From the NCBI RefSeq assembly GCF_055900595.2, contig NZ_JBVWEU010000004.1: a stretch of 41,714 bases of DNA; one strand, given 5' to 3'. A program made the translations under genes and the position numbers. Numbering within the stretch: position 1 is the first letter of the stretch; the number at the start of each line of letters is the position of its first letter. This DNA is from a plasmid. Below, piece after piece: positions 1 through 9,155 of the stretch. Under the pieces are notes generated by a model. That model was not told the origin of the DNA, searched no databases, and saw only the letters and a list, made by a program, of their open reading frames with translations.

Positions 1-29
1 ATGGGAAAGAGGTCAAGTTCAGTTCTCAA

Positions 30-47
30 TTATCCACTTGTGGATAA
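30..47. promoter_or_regulatory. Back-to-back DnaA-box pair (TTATCCACT 30-38; TGTGGATAA 39-47, a perfect box on the other strand). A further 8/9 box, GGTGGATAA, lies at 63-71
   Basis: Direct match to the TTATCCACA consensus. Lies between the origin iterons and the rep promoter. Confidence 0.55.
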
Positions 48-84
48 AGTGCAGATTTTTCCGGTGGATAAGTATCGCGATAGC

Positions 85-136
85 TTGCAATTTCTGTTTT
101 CACTGTCATTATGGGTGGGTAAAAATTTACCCATAG
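85..136 (+). promoter_or_regulatory. Putative rep promoter (TTGCAA 85-90, 16-nt spacer, CATTAT 107-112) overlapped by inverted iteron half-sites TATGGG 110-115 / CCCATA 130-135
   Basis: Hexamers and spacing read directly. The inverted TATGGG motifs equal the iteron core, analogous to the RepE operator. Confidence 0.4.
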
Positions 137-144
137 GCATTGAA

Positions 145-867
145 ATGGATACTCAAGCACTCTTGCCAGCTACTAAAACGTTTAAAAAACGCGCCAGTAT
201 AAAGCAATCTAACGAATTGACCGAAGCTGCATATTACCTGCCTCTTCAGGCAAAACGTGTGCTGTGGTTATGCCTCATGCAGGCCTATTTTAATGACAGC
301 CAGGAAGATGACTCTGACGTATTGCCGCTCTTCAAAATCAGCGTTTCCGATTACGTCAAATACTTCAATGTCGCTACGTCTGTCGCCAGTCGTGATGTGA
401 AGGCTGGGGTAAATGCTCTGGGCGAATCAACGGTTACCTTTTATCCAAAAGAAGGTGAGTTTGAAGAAGTTAAACGTCCGTGGCTGGCTGAAGCAGGAAT
501 GAAGCGAGGCCGGGGTTCCTGGCAGATTGAATTTAACTACAAGGTCATGCCATTCCTGGTCGGCTTAACCTCCCAGTTCACTACCTATTCTCTCTATGAC
601 TGTGGCCAGCTTAATAGTGTTCGTGTCATCCGGCTTTATGAAAGCCTGTGTCAGTTCCGGAGCACTGGTGTCTGGATCACCACACATGACTGGTTATGTG
701 AAAGGTTTATGCTCCCTGCCTCGCAGAAAAACAATATTGCTGAAATGAAGCGTACCTTCCTGGAACCTGCTCTGAAGAAAATTAATGAGAAGACGCCATT
801 AAAGGTAACATATACCACTGAAGAAGATGGTCGCTTGCTGTTTAATTTTCTTGATAAAAAACAATAG
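145..867 (+). CDS. repB: Rep_3-family iteron-binding replication initiator (RepE-like; IncR repB-like), 240 aa from ATG 145
   Basis: ORF track 1..867. The motif IKQSNELTEAAYYLPLQAKRVLW matches the RepE N-terminal motif VQSNDLTEAAYSL, which sits about 25 aa from the start, so ATG 145 (MDTQALL) is favoured. Iterons lie on both sides. Confidence 0.85.
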   Translation: MDTQALLPATKTFKKRASIKQSNELTEAAYYLPLQAKRVLWLCLMQAYFNDSQEDDSDVLPLFKISVSDYVKYFNVATSVASRDVKAGVNALGESTVTFYPKEGEFEEVKRPWLAEAGMKRGRGSWQIEFNYKVMPFLVGLTSQFTTYSLYDCGQLNSVRVIRLYESLCQFRSTGVWITTHDWLCERFMLPASQKNNIAEMKRTFLEPALKKINEKTPLKVTYTTEEDGRLLFNFLDKKQ

Positions 868-927
868 TCTGTAATTTTTATTTCCTCCCCCCTTAGTTTG
901 TTGCTGACATATGGGGGGATACTGAAC

Positions 928-1337
928 TTGCTGTGTTTCCCATAGTGCTTGCCTAACTTGACCTGTTTCCCACACTCCCGACCGTCCGAGAAGTTGACCT
1001 GTTTCCCATAGTCCGGGCCGTCCGAGAAGCTGACCTGTTTCCCTTAGTCCGGGCCGTCCGCGAAGTTGACCTGTTCCCCACACTCCCGGCCGCCCGCGAA
1101 GTTGACCTGTTTCCCACAGTCCGGGCCGTCTGCAAAGTTGACCTGTTTCCCACAGTCCCGGCCGCCCGCGAAGTTGACCTGTTTCCCATAATCCGGGCCG
1201 TCCGCGAAGTTGACCTGTTCCCCACACTCCCGGCCGCCCGTGAAGTTGACCTGTTTCCCATAGTCCGGGCCGTCCGCGAAGTTGACCTGTTTCCCATAGT
1301 CCGGAGCGTCCATTAAAGTTGACCTGTTTCCCACAGA
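928..1337 (+). repeat. Iteron array: 11 copies of a 36-bp unit TTGACCTGTTTCCCA(C/T)AGTCCGGGCCGTCCGCGAAG (starts 958, 994 ... 1282, 1319) plus a degenerate copy at 928
   Basis: Periodicity counted directly. Sits immediately downstream of the rep stop, like incC of mini-F. Confidence 0.9.
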
Positions 1338-1387
1338 GGATGGAAAACTCTTCTTGTGCTGAGCGTAAGAGCTATCTGCCGGAACGG

Positions 1388-1452
1388 TTCCTCTTCGCTT
1401 CCTCGCCAGTTCGCTCGCTACGCTCGGTTACATGGCTGCGGCGAGCGCTGAT
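1388..1452 (+). other. Primosome-assembly-site-like (n-prime/PriA ssi) element
   Basis: CTCTTCGCTTCCTCGCC...CGCTCGG...GGCTGCGGCGAGCG closely resembles the recalled ColE1/pBR322 segment CTTCCGCTTCCTCGCTCACTGACTCGCTGCGCTCGGTCGTTCGGCTGCGGCGAGCGG. Confidence 0.45.
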
Positions 1453-1675
1453 ACATAAGGCTCAGCATTGCACTGGTCGTAACTAAAATCAGAATCCTTC
1501 TGAATGACTCTCCTGTCTTGCAAGTTGAATACCTTTCTCAAAGCCCTTTTGTATGAGTTGCTGTTGATGGTCAAAAGTGCGTCTGCGTGTTGCTGCAGTG
1601 TGATTTAGTAGCACGCCCGTCGAGCTTCATCCCCCTTCTGTTGAGAGCGAAATCAAAACAATATGATTTTTTTTC

Positions 1676-1718
1676 TTGCAACATGACACTTTTTGTTCAA
1701 AATGACAAAAAACGTCAT
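1676..1718 (+). promoter_or_regulatory. Putative parA promoter/operator (TTGCAA 1676-1681, 16 nt, CAAAAT 1698-1703; ATGAC motifs at 1683 and 1702, inverted GTCAT at 1714)
   Basis: Hexamers and the ATGAC-N7-GTCAT inverted repeat read directly upstream of the RBS GAGGTG. Confidence 0.3.
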
Positions 1719-1728
1719 GAGGTGATAA

Positions 1729-2934
1729 ATGGACAATATTGAGCAGTTACGGAAAGTCGCTACACGTGCAGGTAAGCTTCTGACATCTTTGAGCGAAAGT
1801 ATCCGACAGCAAAAAGAGGAATTGAAGCTTACCGAGTTCTATCAGGAATACAGCAAAGCCGCTCTGTATAAGCTGCCTAAGCTCAGTAAAGGCAGTGTTG
1901 AGTATGCTGTGTCCGAAATGGAAGCCGGTGGCTACATTTTTAAAAAGAAACCTTCTGGTAATACGATGAAATACGCGATGACGATTCAGAATGTCATCGA
2001 TCTGTATAACCATCGTAAAGTACCGAAGTACAGGGATCGCTTCGATAAAGCCTTTACGATTTTTGTATGTAATCTTAAAGGTGGTGGTTCCAAGACAGTT
2101 TCTACCGCTTCATTATCACATGCTTTTCGAGCTCATCCTCAGCTTCTGTTCGAAGACCTGCGTATTCTGGCCATCGATTTCGATCCGCAGGCATCTCTGA
2201 CAATGTTCCTGAGCCATGAGAATTCAGTGGGCTTGGTTGAAAATACGGCTGCTCAGGCCATGCTCCAGAACGTGTCTCGTGAAGAATTACTTTCCGATTT
2301 TATAGTACCGTCTATTATCCCTGGTGTTGATGTAATCCCCGCTTCCATTGACGATGCATTCCTTGCTGAAGGCTGGAAGGGATTGTGTGAAGAACATCTG
2401 CCAGGGAAAAATATTCATGCGGTGCTTAAAGAGAACATTATCGACAAGCTCCAGCATGACTACGACTTTATTTTCCTTGATAGTGGTCCTCACCTTGATG
2501 CGTTCCTGAAAAACTGCATTGGGGCGGCAGACCTGATGTTGACCCCTCTTCCACCGGCGACGGTTGATTTTCATTCTTCCCTGAAGTTTGTGGCCAGCCT
2601 CCCTGCCCTCATAGATTCCATCGAAATGGATGGGCACACCTGCAATCTCATCGGTAATGTCGGCTTCATGTCCAAGATCCTGAACAAGTCTGATCACAAA
2701 ATTTGCCATAGTCAGGCCAAAGAGGTTTTCGGTGCCGATATGCTAGACATGGTTCTGCCAAGACTGGATGGTTTCGAACGTTGTGGGGAGACTTTTGACA
2801 CAGTTATTTCAGCAAATCCAGCAACCTATGATGGAAGTACAGAGGCACTAAAAAGCGCAAAATCAGCAGCGGAAGACTTTGCGAAGGCAGTCTTTGATCG
2901 CATCGAGTTCATTCGTACTAACGGAGGTATGTGA
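1729..2934 (+). CDS. parA: Type Ia partition ATPase ParA/SopA family, 401 aa
   Basis: Deviant Walker A NLKGGGSKT, large N-terminal extension, followed by parB with a TGATG overlap. Confidence 0.9.
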   Translation: MDNIEQLRKVATRAGKLLTSLSESIRQQKEELKLTEFYQEYSKAALYKLPKLSKGSVEYAVSEMEAGGYIFKKKPSGNTMKYAMTIQNVIDLYNHRKVPKYRDRFDKAFTIFVCNLKGGGSKTVSTASLSHAFRAHPQLLFEDLRILAIDFDPQASLTMFLSHENSVGLVENTAAQAMLQNVSREELLSDFIVPSIIPGVDVIPASIDDAFLAEGWKGLCEEHLPGKNIHAVLKENIIDKLQHDYDFIFLDSGPHLDAFLKNCIGAADLMLTPLPPATVDFHSSLKFVASLPALIDSIEMDGHTCNLIGNVGFMSKILNKSDHKICHSQAKEVFGADMLDMVLPRLDGFERCGETFDTVISANPATYDGSTEALKSAKSAAEDFAKAVFDRIEFIRTNGGM

Positions 2935-3908
2935 TGTCGAATGAGAAAAGAAAAACCATCGGCAGACAGTTAAATACCCAGGCGTCAATTGCGGAAATGA
3001 CGGACACCGGTAGAAGCCAGGTATTTACCTTAAAAACCGGCAGGAAGGTAACGTTCAGGTTTGTTCGGGTGCCTGCATCTGAAGTTGAAAGTAAGACCTT
3101 CGTAAACCAGGAAAACAACGGAAGAGATCAACTTGCACTGACCAGGGAATCCCTGAAATCCATTATCCAGACGATTAAGTTTCAGCAGTTCTTTCCCTGT
3201 ATTGGTATTAAGCAAAGTGAAAGGATTGAGATACTGGATGGTTCAAGACGGCGAGCCTCAGCAATTTTTGTCCGTACAGGCCTTGATGTAATGGTTACCG
3301 AAGAGCATTTATCAGCTGATGAAGCTCGCCAACTGGCTAAAGATATCCAGACAGCTAAAGAACATAATCTTCGGGAGATTGGCCTGAGATTGATCGCTCT
3401 TAAAGAGTCCGGATTTAATCAAAAGGAAATTGCTGAACTGGAGGGGTTATCTCAAGCTAAAGTTACCAGGGCGCTGCAGGCGGCGGCCGTACCGCAAGAC
3501 TTGATTTCTCTGTTCCCGGTTCAGTCGGAGCTATCGTTTAGTGACTATAAACTTCTTTTAGAAGTTAATGAAAAACTCAGTGAAAAGGGATTAACGCCTG
3601 AAGAACTCATTCAGTCTGTATCAGCTCAGCTCGATGCAATTTTGAGTGAAGGCGAGCGACCAGAAGACGAACAGAAAGCCAGTATACTGAAGCTGATTTC
3701 TCAGGCATCTCAGGCATTGATAGATCCATCTCCCAAGGAAAAGTCAGTGGTTTCCCCACTCTGGTCTTTTGAAGAAAAGGACAAGTTCGCGCGTAAGCGT
3801 GTGAAAGGGCGTACGCTGACTTATGAGTTTAGCCGTATGTCAAAAGTGATTCAGGATGAACTGGACAAGGCTATCAACGAGGTCCTTGACAGAAATTTGA
3901 GTCAATAA
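2934..3908 (+). CDS. parB: Partition centromere-binding protein ParB/SopB family, about 324 aa
   Basis: ParB-box motif ILDGSRRRAS, HTH region QKEIAELEGLSQAKVTRAL. ATG 2934 overlaps the parA stop (GTG 2931 is an alternative start). Confidence 0.9.
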   Translation: MSNEKRKTIGRQLNTQASIAEMTDTGRSQVFTLKTGRKVTFRFVRVPASEVESKTFVNQENNGRDQLALTRESLKSIIQTIKFQQFFPCIGIKQSERIEILDGSRRRASAIFVRTGLDVMVTEEHLSADEARQLAKDIQTAKEHNLREIGLRLIALKESGFNQKEIAELEGLSQAKVTRALQAAAVPQDLISLFPVQSELSFSDYKLLLEVNEKLSEKGLTPEELIQSVSAQLDAILSEGERPEDEQKASILKLISQASQALIDPSPKEKSVVSPLWSFEEKDKFARKRVKGRTLTYEFSRMSKVIQDELDKAINEVLDRNLSQ

Positions 3909-3910
3909 TT

Positions 3911-3983
3911 TCGCCATGGCGATTTCACATCTAACTTATTGTAATTAGGCAGTTTAGGCTGAGAATTTCAAGGTGAAATCGCC
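3911..3983. promoter_or_regulatory. Candidate parS/centromere: 12-bp palindrome TCGCCATGGCGA (3911-3922) and an 11-bp perfect inverted repeat GGCGATTTCAC (3918-3928) / GTGAAATCGCC (3973-3983)
   Basis: Symmetry read directly. Located just after the parB stop, where sopC/parS normally lie. Confidence 0.35.
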
Positions 3984-3989
3984 AAAGTT

Positions 3990-5261
3990 TTACGCCAGTT
4001 TCGCTGAAGGAATATCTGACCATCGTGTCGTATAAGCAGGAGAAAGCATCTCCCGTTTCATCTGCCATTCCGGGGCAATACCCCGCCCCGCAAACCATAC
4101 TTTACCCAGCCCTGAGTTGTTGATCCCGTCCAGAACCTTCATCAGCTCAGCACTGTAAGGGCGTGGCGGGCGTTCGTCGAACAGCTGCAGCTGCGAAACG
4201 CCGGAGCCGGTGAAGTCATTCAGCATAACTCCGGCTTTGGCATACCGGTGCCCATCCCTCCAGATACGCTCCAGAGCCGTTGTAGCGGCTGCAATGATGT
4301 CCCTGGTGTCCTGAGTGGGTGTAAGAAGTTTTTCCGTAGCCACGTTGCCGTAGTAAGGCTCTTTAATGGCGAACGGAGACGTTTTGATGAAAACGGAAAT
4401 ATGCCGGCAATACTGGTGCTCTTTACGCAGTTTTTCAGAGGCCCGCTCTGCGTGCTGACAGATAGCCTGACGGAGTGACTCGTACTCCGTGATCTTCACG
4501 CCAAAACTGCGGCTGCAGACAATTTGCTGTTTCGTCGGAGGGGCTTCCTCAAGCGAAAGGCAGCTTTCCCCGTTCAGTTCCCGTACCGTTCGCTCAAGGA
4601 CCACAGAAAAATTTTTGCGGATGAAGGCCGGGTTCGTCAGGGCGAGATCGAGCGCGGTCTTAATGCCCAGTACATTCAGCTTGCGTGCAATACGGTTACC
4701 CACCCCCCAGATTTCTTCAACCGGCTGCAGTGAAAGCAGTTTCCGCGTTCTCTGCGGATTTCCCCTGGTCAGAGCAAGTACGCCACGAAACTGTTTCCAC
4801 TCTTTTGAGGCCCACTGGGCTGATTTTGCGAGGGTCTTCGTTGGTCCGGCGCCCACGCCAATGGTCAGGTGGGTACAGTCATACACGTGCTGACGCAGCT
4901 GCCGGCCGAAGTCCTCAAGCTCCATACAGTGCTCCACGCCGGTCAAATCGAGGAACATCTCATCAATTGAATACTGTTCCACTCTGGGGGCCAGTTCCTC
5001 CAGGCTGTTCATCACGCGCGCCAACATCGAGGCATAAAGTTCATAGTTACTTGAAAACGCATATATTTTTTCCGGGTATCTTTCGTTTTTTATCTGAAAC
5101 CACGGAGTTTCCATTTTGATCCAGGGCTTCGCCTCGGCACTGCGAGCGATTACATTCCCGTCGTTGTTGCTCAGGACGACTATCGGCTTTCCTTTCAAAT
5201 CCGGGCGGAAAACACGTTCACAGCTGGCATAGAAGCTGTTCACATCGGCCAGGGCAAACAT
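3990..5261 (-). CDS. umuC: Y-family translesion DNA polymerase V catalytic subunit UmuC, 423 aa
   Basis: N-terminus [22 protein letters not shown] and overall UmuC/MucB-like sequence. The start overlaps the umuD stop by 1 nt. Confidence 0.93.
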   Translation of the reverse strand: MFALADVNSFYASCERVFRPDLKGKPIVVLSNNDGNVIARSAEAKPWIKMETPWFQIKNERYPEKIYAFSSNYELYASMLARVMNSLEELAPRVEQYSIDEMFLDLTGVEHCMELEDFGRQLRQHVYDCTHLTIGVGAGPTKTLAKSAQWASKEWKQFRGVLALTRGNPQRTRKLLSLQPVEEIWGVGNRIARKLNVLGIKTALDLALTNPAFIRKNFSVVLERTVRELNGESCLSLEEAPPTKQQIVCSRSFGVKITEYESLRQAICQHAERASEKLRKEHQYCRHISVFIKTSPFAIKEPYYGNVATEKLLTPTQDTRDIIAAATTALERIWRDGHRYAKAGVMLNDFTGSGVSQLQLFDERPPRPYSAELMKVLDGINNSGLGKVWFAGRGIAPEWQMKREMLSPAYTTRWSDIPSAKLA

Positions 5262-5692
5262 CAGTACATCTCCCTCGGGCGGTGGATGATATGCGTGACG
5301 ACGCCAAAGATATCCAGCTCGTCGGGATCAGGATAAATCGGCGACCAGGAGGCATTCATGGGCTGCAGCGTCAGTCGCGGCGTCAGCAGAAGCCGTTTCA
5401 CCGTAAACTCCCCCTGCATGCTGGCGACAACGATATCGCCGTGCCGCGGCTTTTCAGCACTGTCCACAACCAGCAGATCGCCATTGTACAGACTGCCGTC
5501 GGCCATGCTGTCTCCGCTGGCACGCAGGTAGTACGTCGCGCTCGGATGCCGTATGCAGTAATCATGGAGATCCAGATCGGACTCGACATAGTCAGCAGCA
5601 GGGCTGGGAAAACCGCAGCTGGCCAGATCGGCAAACAATGGATGGGCCTGTGGCGGGAGTTCTTTCCCGGTGCTGAAAAGTTGTAGTTTCAT
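5261..5692 (-). CDS. umuD: UmuD (LexA-like self-cleaving Pol V accessory subunit), 143 aa from ATG 5692
   Basis: Cys-Gly cleavage site LASCGFPSP, Ser (ASGDSM) and Lys (FTVKRL) catalytic dyad, RBS GGAGGAAAG before MKLQLF. The ORF-track 5-prime extension is spurious. Confidence 0.9.
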   Translation of the reverse strand: MKLQLFSTGKELPPQAHPLFADLASCGFPSPAADYVESDLDLHDYCIRHPSATYYLRASGDSMADGSLYNGDLLVVDSAEKPRHGDIVVASMQGEFTVKRLLLTPRLTLQPMNASWSPIYPDPDELDIFGVVTHIIHRPREMY

Positions 5693-5717
5693 CTTTCCTC
5701 CTGACACTCTAATTTTA

Positions 5718-5733
5718 CTGGTTATACATACAG
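5718..5733 (-). promoter_or_regulatory. LexA (SOS) box CTG-N10-CAG, followed on the coding strand by a TAAAAT -10 hexamer
   Basis: Minus strand reads CACTGTATGTATAACCAGTAAAAT, 25 nt upstream of the umuD ATG. Matches the TACTG(TA)5CAGTA consensus. Confidence 0.8.
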
Positions 5734-7645
5734 TGCTCACCGGGAGACCGGTAGAGATCAAGGGGTGAAAGTCCCCGACCATTGAAGGACCAGCAATCCA
5801 CAAGGTCCCCGAGTCATGCGTTGCATACCGCGAGGTATGGGGCGAAGCGTTGACAGGGGTGTTGACAGGCCAGCCATTGAGCCACGAAATGTATATTAAA
5901 TTACCGGGTGCCGACGTTGTACTGTTAACGGAAGGCAACATCATAGGGTGCGATACTGCGAGTGCCACATGGACCCGGCGGGGTCTGAGACCCTGGCATG
6001 TCAATACGATCTCTACGCGGGAACCGGGAGATCTCCCCTCTGACCATCTGCCAGTGTCGGAGACGGCCCGCACCGGGAAGACGAGGAGTCATAGCCGGTG
6101 ATGTACGGAGAGGAGAAGTCGGACTCGCTCATAGTAGCGGCGAAGCAGGCGAACAACCCGAAAGGAGCGGAGTCAGTGGAGCGAAGGAGCGGGGCCAAGG
6201 GGAACGCGGAACAGCCACACATGCGCCGGACACAGAGCCGGGAAAGCATGTCACAGAGGCTGTCACGCGTGCGGGAAGCTGCGAAGCAGCGGAAGAAAGA
6301 ACGGTTTACAGCATTGTTCCACCTGCTGACAGTCGAAGCACTGGAAGCCGCATTCCTCTCCCTGAGCAGGAAAGCGGCCGCCGGAGTGGATGGCATCAGG
6401 TGGATGGACTACGCCGGAAACATGAAGAACAACATAACAGATCTGCACCGGAGGCTACATTAGGGCAGCTACAGGGCGCAGCCCGGCAGGCGTCACTACA
6501 TCCCAAAAGCGGATGGAAAACAACGCCCGCTCGGCATCGCCTCGCTGGAGGACAAGATCGTCCAGTATGCGCTGGTGAAAATCCTGAACGCAGTCTATGA
6601 AAACGACTTTATGGGGTTCTCATACGGGTTCAGACCCGGGCGAAGCCAGCACGATGCACTGGACGCACTGGCCACAGGGCTGGTACGCACTAACGTAAAC
6701 TGGGTACTGGATGCCGACATCAGTCAGTTCTTCGACAGGGTGAGCCACGAATGGCTGATCAGGTTCACAGAGCATCGGATCGGCGACCGGAGCGTAATCA
6801 GGCTCATACGTAAGTGGCTCACAGCCGGGACGTTGGAGGAGGGTCAATGGCGAGCAACGGAGGAAGGCACCCCACAGGGTGCGGTCATCTCACCGCTGCT
6901 GGCAAACATATACCTCCACTACGTCTTCGATCTGTGGGCGCATCAGTGGCGACGTCGCTATGCCACAGGCAATGTGGTAATGGTCAGATACGCCGATGAC
7001 ATCGTCATCGGGTTCGACAAACGATACGATGCCCGGCGCTTCCGTATAGCCATGCAGCGCAGACTGAGGGAGTTCGGACTCACGGTTCACCCGGAGAAAA
7101 CCCGTCTGATGGAGTTCGGCCGCTTCGCTGCCGAAAACCGTGCCATCAGGGGAAAAGGCAAACCAGAAACGTTCAACTTCCTCGGGTTCACGCACATCAG
7201 CGGGAAAGATCGCAACGGCAGGTTCATGCTGATACGAAAGACCCGCCGGGATCGGATGACGGCAACTCTGAAAGCCATCAAAGACGGTCTGCGAAGGCGC
7301 TGGCATTACTCAATCCCCGAACAGGGAAAATGGCTCAGGAGAGTGGTTCAGGGATACCTGAACTATCACTCGGTACCGGGCAACTTCCCCACCATGCAGA
7401 AGTTCAGGACACACGTAACAAACCTCTGGCGCCGGGCGCTCAGGCGCAGGAGCCAGAAGGATGATACGACCTGGACGAAAGCAAACAAACTGGCAGCCGC
7501 ATGGCTACCAAGGGTTCGGGTTCTTCATCCATGGCCTGTGGAGCGGTTCACCGCCAGACACCCGAGGCAGGAGCCCGGTGCGTAAATCGCGCACGCCGGG
7601 ATCTGTGCGGGGGGTATCCGGTAACGGGTATCCCTACCGCGACAT
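5734..7645 (+). mobile_element. Group II intron ('retA' element); both boundaries approximate
   Basis: Structured RNA leader, an RT/maturase ORF in domain IV position, and a GC hairpin tail ending ...CCCTACCGCGACAT. Only about 365 nt precede the ORF and there is no clean GUGYG 5-prime end. Confidence 0.7.
6098..7585 (+). pseudogene. retA: Group II intron reverse transcriptase/maturase interrupted by a single in-frame TAG (6461-6463)
   Basis: ORFs 6098..6463 and 6575..7585 share one frame. The read-through gives [40 protein letters not shown]. RT motifs FRPGRSQHDAL and YADD are present. Confidence 0.85.
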
Positions 7646-7736
7646 ATTTAACAGCGTGACGATAATCCAGATCGCCTGCCGGATAATGGTGCCAACTTAC
7701 TGATTTAGTGTACGATGGTGTCTTTGAGGTGCTCCA

Positions 7737-8012
7737 GTGGCTTCCATCTCCATCAGTTGTCCCTCCTGCTCAGCTACTGAAGGCGTGGTGCGTAACGGTA
7801 AAAGTACTGCCGGACATCAGCGCTATCTCTGCTCTCACTGCCGTAAAACATGGCAGCTACAGTTCACTTACACCGCCTCTCAGCCCGGTACGCACCAGAA
7901 AATCATTGATATGGCCATGAATGGCGTTGGATGCCGGGCAACCGCCCGCATTATGGGCGTTGGCCTCAACACGATTTTACGTCACTTAAAAAACTCAGAC
8001 CGCAGTCGGTAA
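7737..8012 (+). CDS. insA: IS1 InsA, 91 aa
   Basis: [43 protein letters not shown] is typical InsA. Confidence 0.9.
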   Translation: MASISISCPSCSATEGVVRNGKSTAGHQRYLCSHCRKTWQLQFTYTASQPGTHQKIIDMAMNGVGCRATARIMGVGLNTILRHLKNSDRSR

Positions 8013-8434
8013 CCTCACGCATACAACCGGGCAGTGACGTCATTGTCTGCGCGGAAATGGACGAACAGTGGGGCTACGTCGGGGCTAAATCACGTCAGCG
8101 CTGGTTATTTTACGCCTATGGCAGGATGTGCAGGACGGTGGTGGCACGCGTCTTTGGTGAGCGTACTCTGGCCACGCTGGAGCGTCTTCCGGGCCTGCTG
8201 TCGGCCTTTGAGGTCGTGGTATGGATGACGGATGGCTGGCCGCTTTATGAATCCCGCCTGAAGGGAGAACTGCACGTTATCAGCAAGCGATATACGCAGC
8301 GAATTGAGCGGCATAACCAGAATCTGAGGCAGCATCTGGCAAGGCTGGGCAGGAAGTCACTGTCGTTCTCAAAATCGGTGGCGCTGCATGACAAAGTCAT
8401 CGGGCATTATCTGAACATAAAACACTATCAGTAA
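7931..8434 (+). CDS. insB: IS1 InsB frame (expressed as InsAB' through a -1 frameshift at A6C, 7988-7994)
   Basis: The ORF overlaps insA in the -1 frame. The TTAAAAAACTC slippery motif is present. Confidence 0.88.
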   Translation: MPGNRPHYGRWPQHDFTSLKKLRPQSVTSRIQPGSDVIVCAEMDEQWGYVGAKSRQRWLFYAYGRMCRTVVARVFGERTLATLERLPGLLSAFEVVVWMTDGWPLYESRLKGELHVISKRYTQRIERHNQNLRQHLARLGRKSLSFSKSVALHDKVIGHYLNIKHYQ

Positions 8435-8449
8435 GTTGGAGTCATTACC

Positions 8450-8752
8450 AACCAGTTCACCACCTACTCGCTCCGCGATTGTGGCAGTCTTCGAAATCCC
8501 CGGACGATCCGCCTTTATGAAAGTCTTGCTCAATTCAAATCTTCAGGCTTATGGGTTACTACTCATGCTTGGTTAAATGACCGTTTCGTCTTACCGGAAT
8601 CCCAGCAGAAGAACTTGGCAGAGTTGAAACGATCTTTCCTTGATCCTGCACTCAAGCAGATAAATGAGAAAACACCTTTACTTGCTAAGTATAGTATTGA
8701 TGATTCAGGAAAATTTCTGTTCTCAATAATTGATAAGCAAAATCCCGTCTGA
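8450..8752 (+). pseudogene. 3-prime 100 codons of a second, paralogous Rep_3 initiator gene, truncated by IS1
   Basis: In-frame translation from 8450 (NQFTTYSLRDCGSLRNPRTIRLYESLAQFKSSGLWVTTHAWL...INEKTPL...) is roughly 60% identical to the C-terminus of the Rep at 145-867. Confidence 0.85.
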
Positions 8753-8803
8753 CATAAATCAGCACACATGAGCCTGTCATTTGACAAATTTTTGTCATGA
8801 AGA

Positions 8804-9155
8804 TGGGCGGATTTCCACACAGCACCGGCGCCCGGTAAGGTGGGCGGATTCCCACACGGCACCGGCGCCCGGCAAGATGGGCGGATTTCCACACAGCACC
8901 GGCGCCCGGTAAGGTGGGCGGATTTCCACACAGCACCGGCGCCCGGCAAGGTGGGCGGATTCCCACACGGCACCGGCGCCCGGCAAGATGGGCGGATTTC
9001 CACACAGCACCGGCGCCCGGTAAGGTGGGCGGATTTCCACACAGCACCGGCGCCCGGCAAGGTGGGCGGATTCCCACACGGCACCGGCGCGCGGCAAGGT
9101 GGGCGGATTTCCACACGGCACCGGCGCCCGGCAAGGTGGGCCGATTCCCATATCG
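8804..9155 (+). repeat. Second iteron array: 10 copies of a 37-bp unit (G/A)TGGGCGGATT(T/C)CCACAC(A/G)GCACCGGCGCCCGG(C/T)AAG, starts 8804-9137, with a 111-bp higher-order pattern
   Basis: Periodicity counted directly. Same position relative to the truncated rep as array 928-1337, with a related core (TTTCCACACAG vs TTTCCCACAG). Confidence 0.9.

Larger units (their letters stand above)
7682..8449 (+). mobile_element. IS1 (768 bp)
   Basis: Ends GATAATGGTGCCAACTTACTGATTTAGTG ... AAGTTGGAGTCATTACC match recalled IS1 inverted repeats. insA/insB are inside. Confidence 0.93.

Noticed and set aside
799-1334. Three overlapping minus-strand ORFs (142, 114 and 96 aa) with repetitive peptide sequences
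   Set aside because: They are translations of the 36-bp iteron array in three frames. The periodic peptides, absence of an RBS and overlap with each other mark them as repeat artefacts.
5693-6073. 5-prime extension of the umuD ORF to 270 aa
   Set aside because: The extension runs antisense through the LexA box and the group II intron leader. UmuD homology, the RBS and the expected 143-aa size all begin at ATG 5692.
5998-6600. Alternative-frame ORFs inside the first group II intron (for example 200 aa at 5998..6600, 127 aa on the minus strand)
   Set aside because: They overlap the RT frame, which has clear homology. Their Arg/Gly-rich composition is typical of off-frame GC-rich sequence.
928-9155. 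Possibility that the 36/37-bp periodic arrays are CRISPR arrays
   Set aside because: The units are contiguous, with no unique spacers between them. They sit directly after Rep_3 genes and share the rep-operator half-site, so they are iterons. No cas genes are present.
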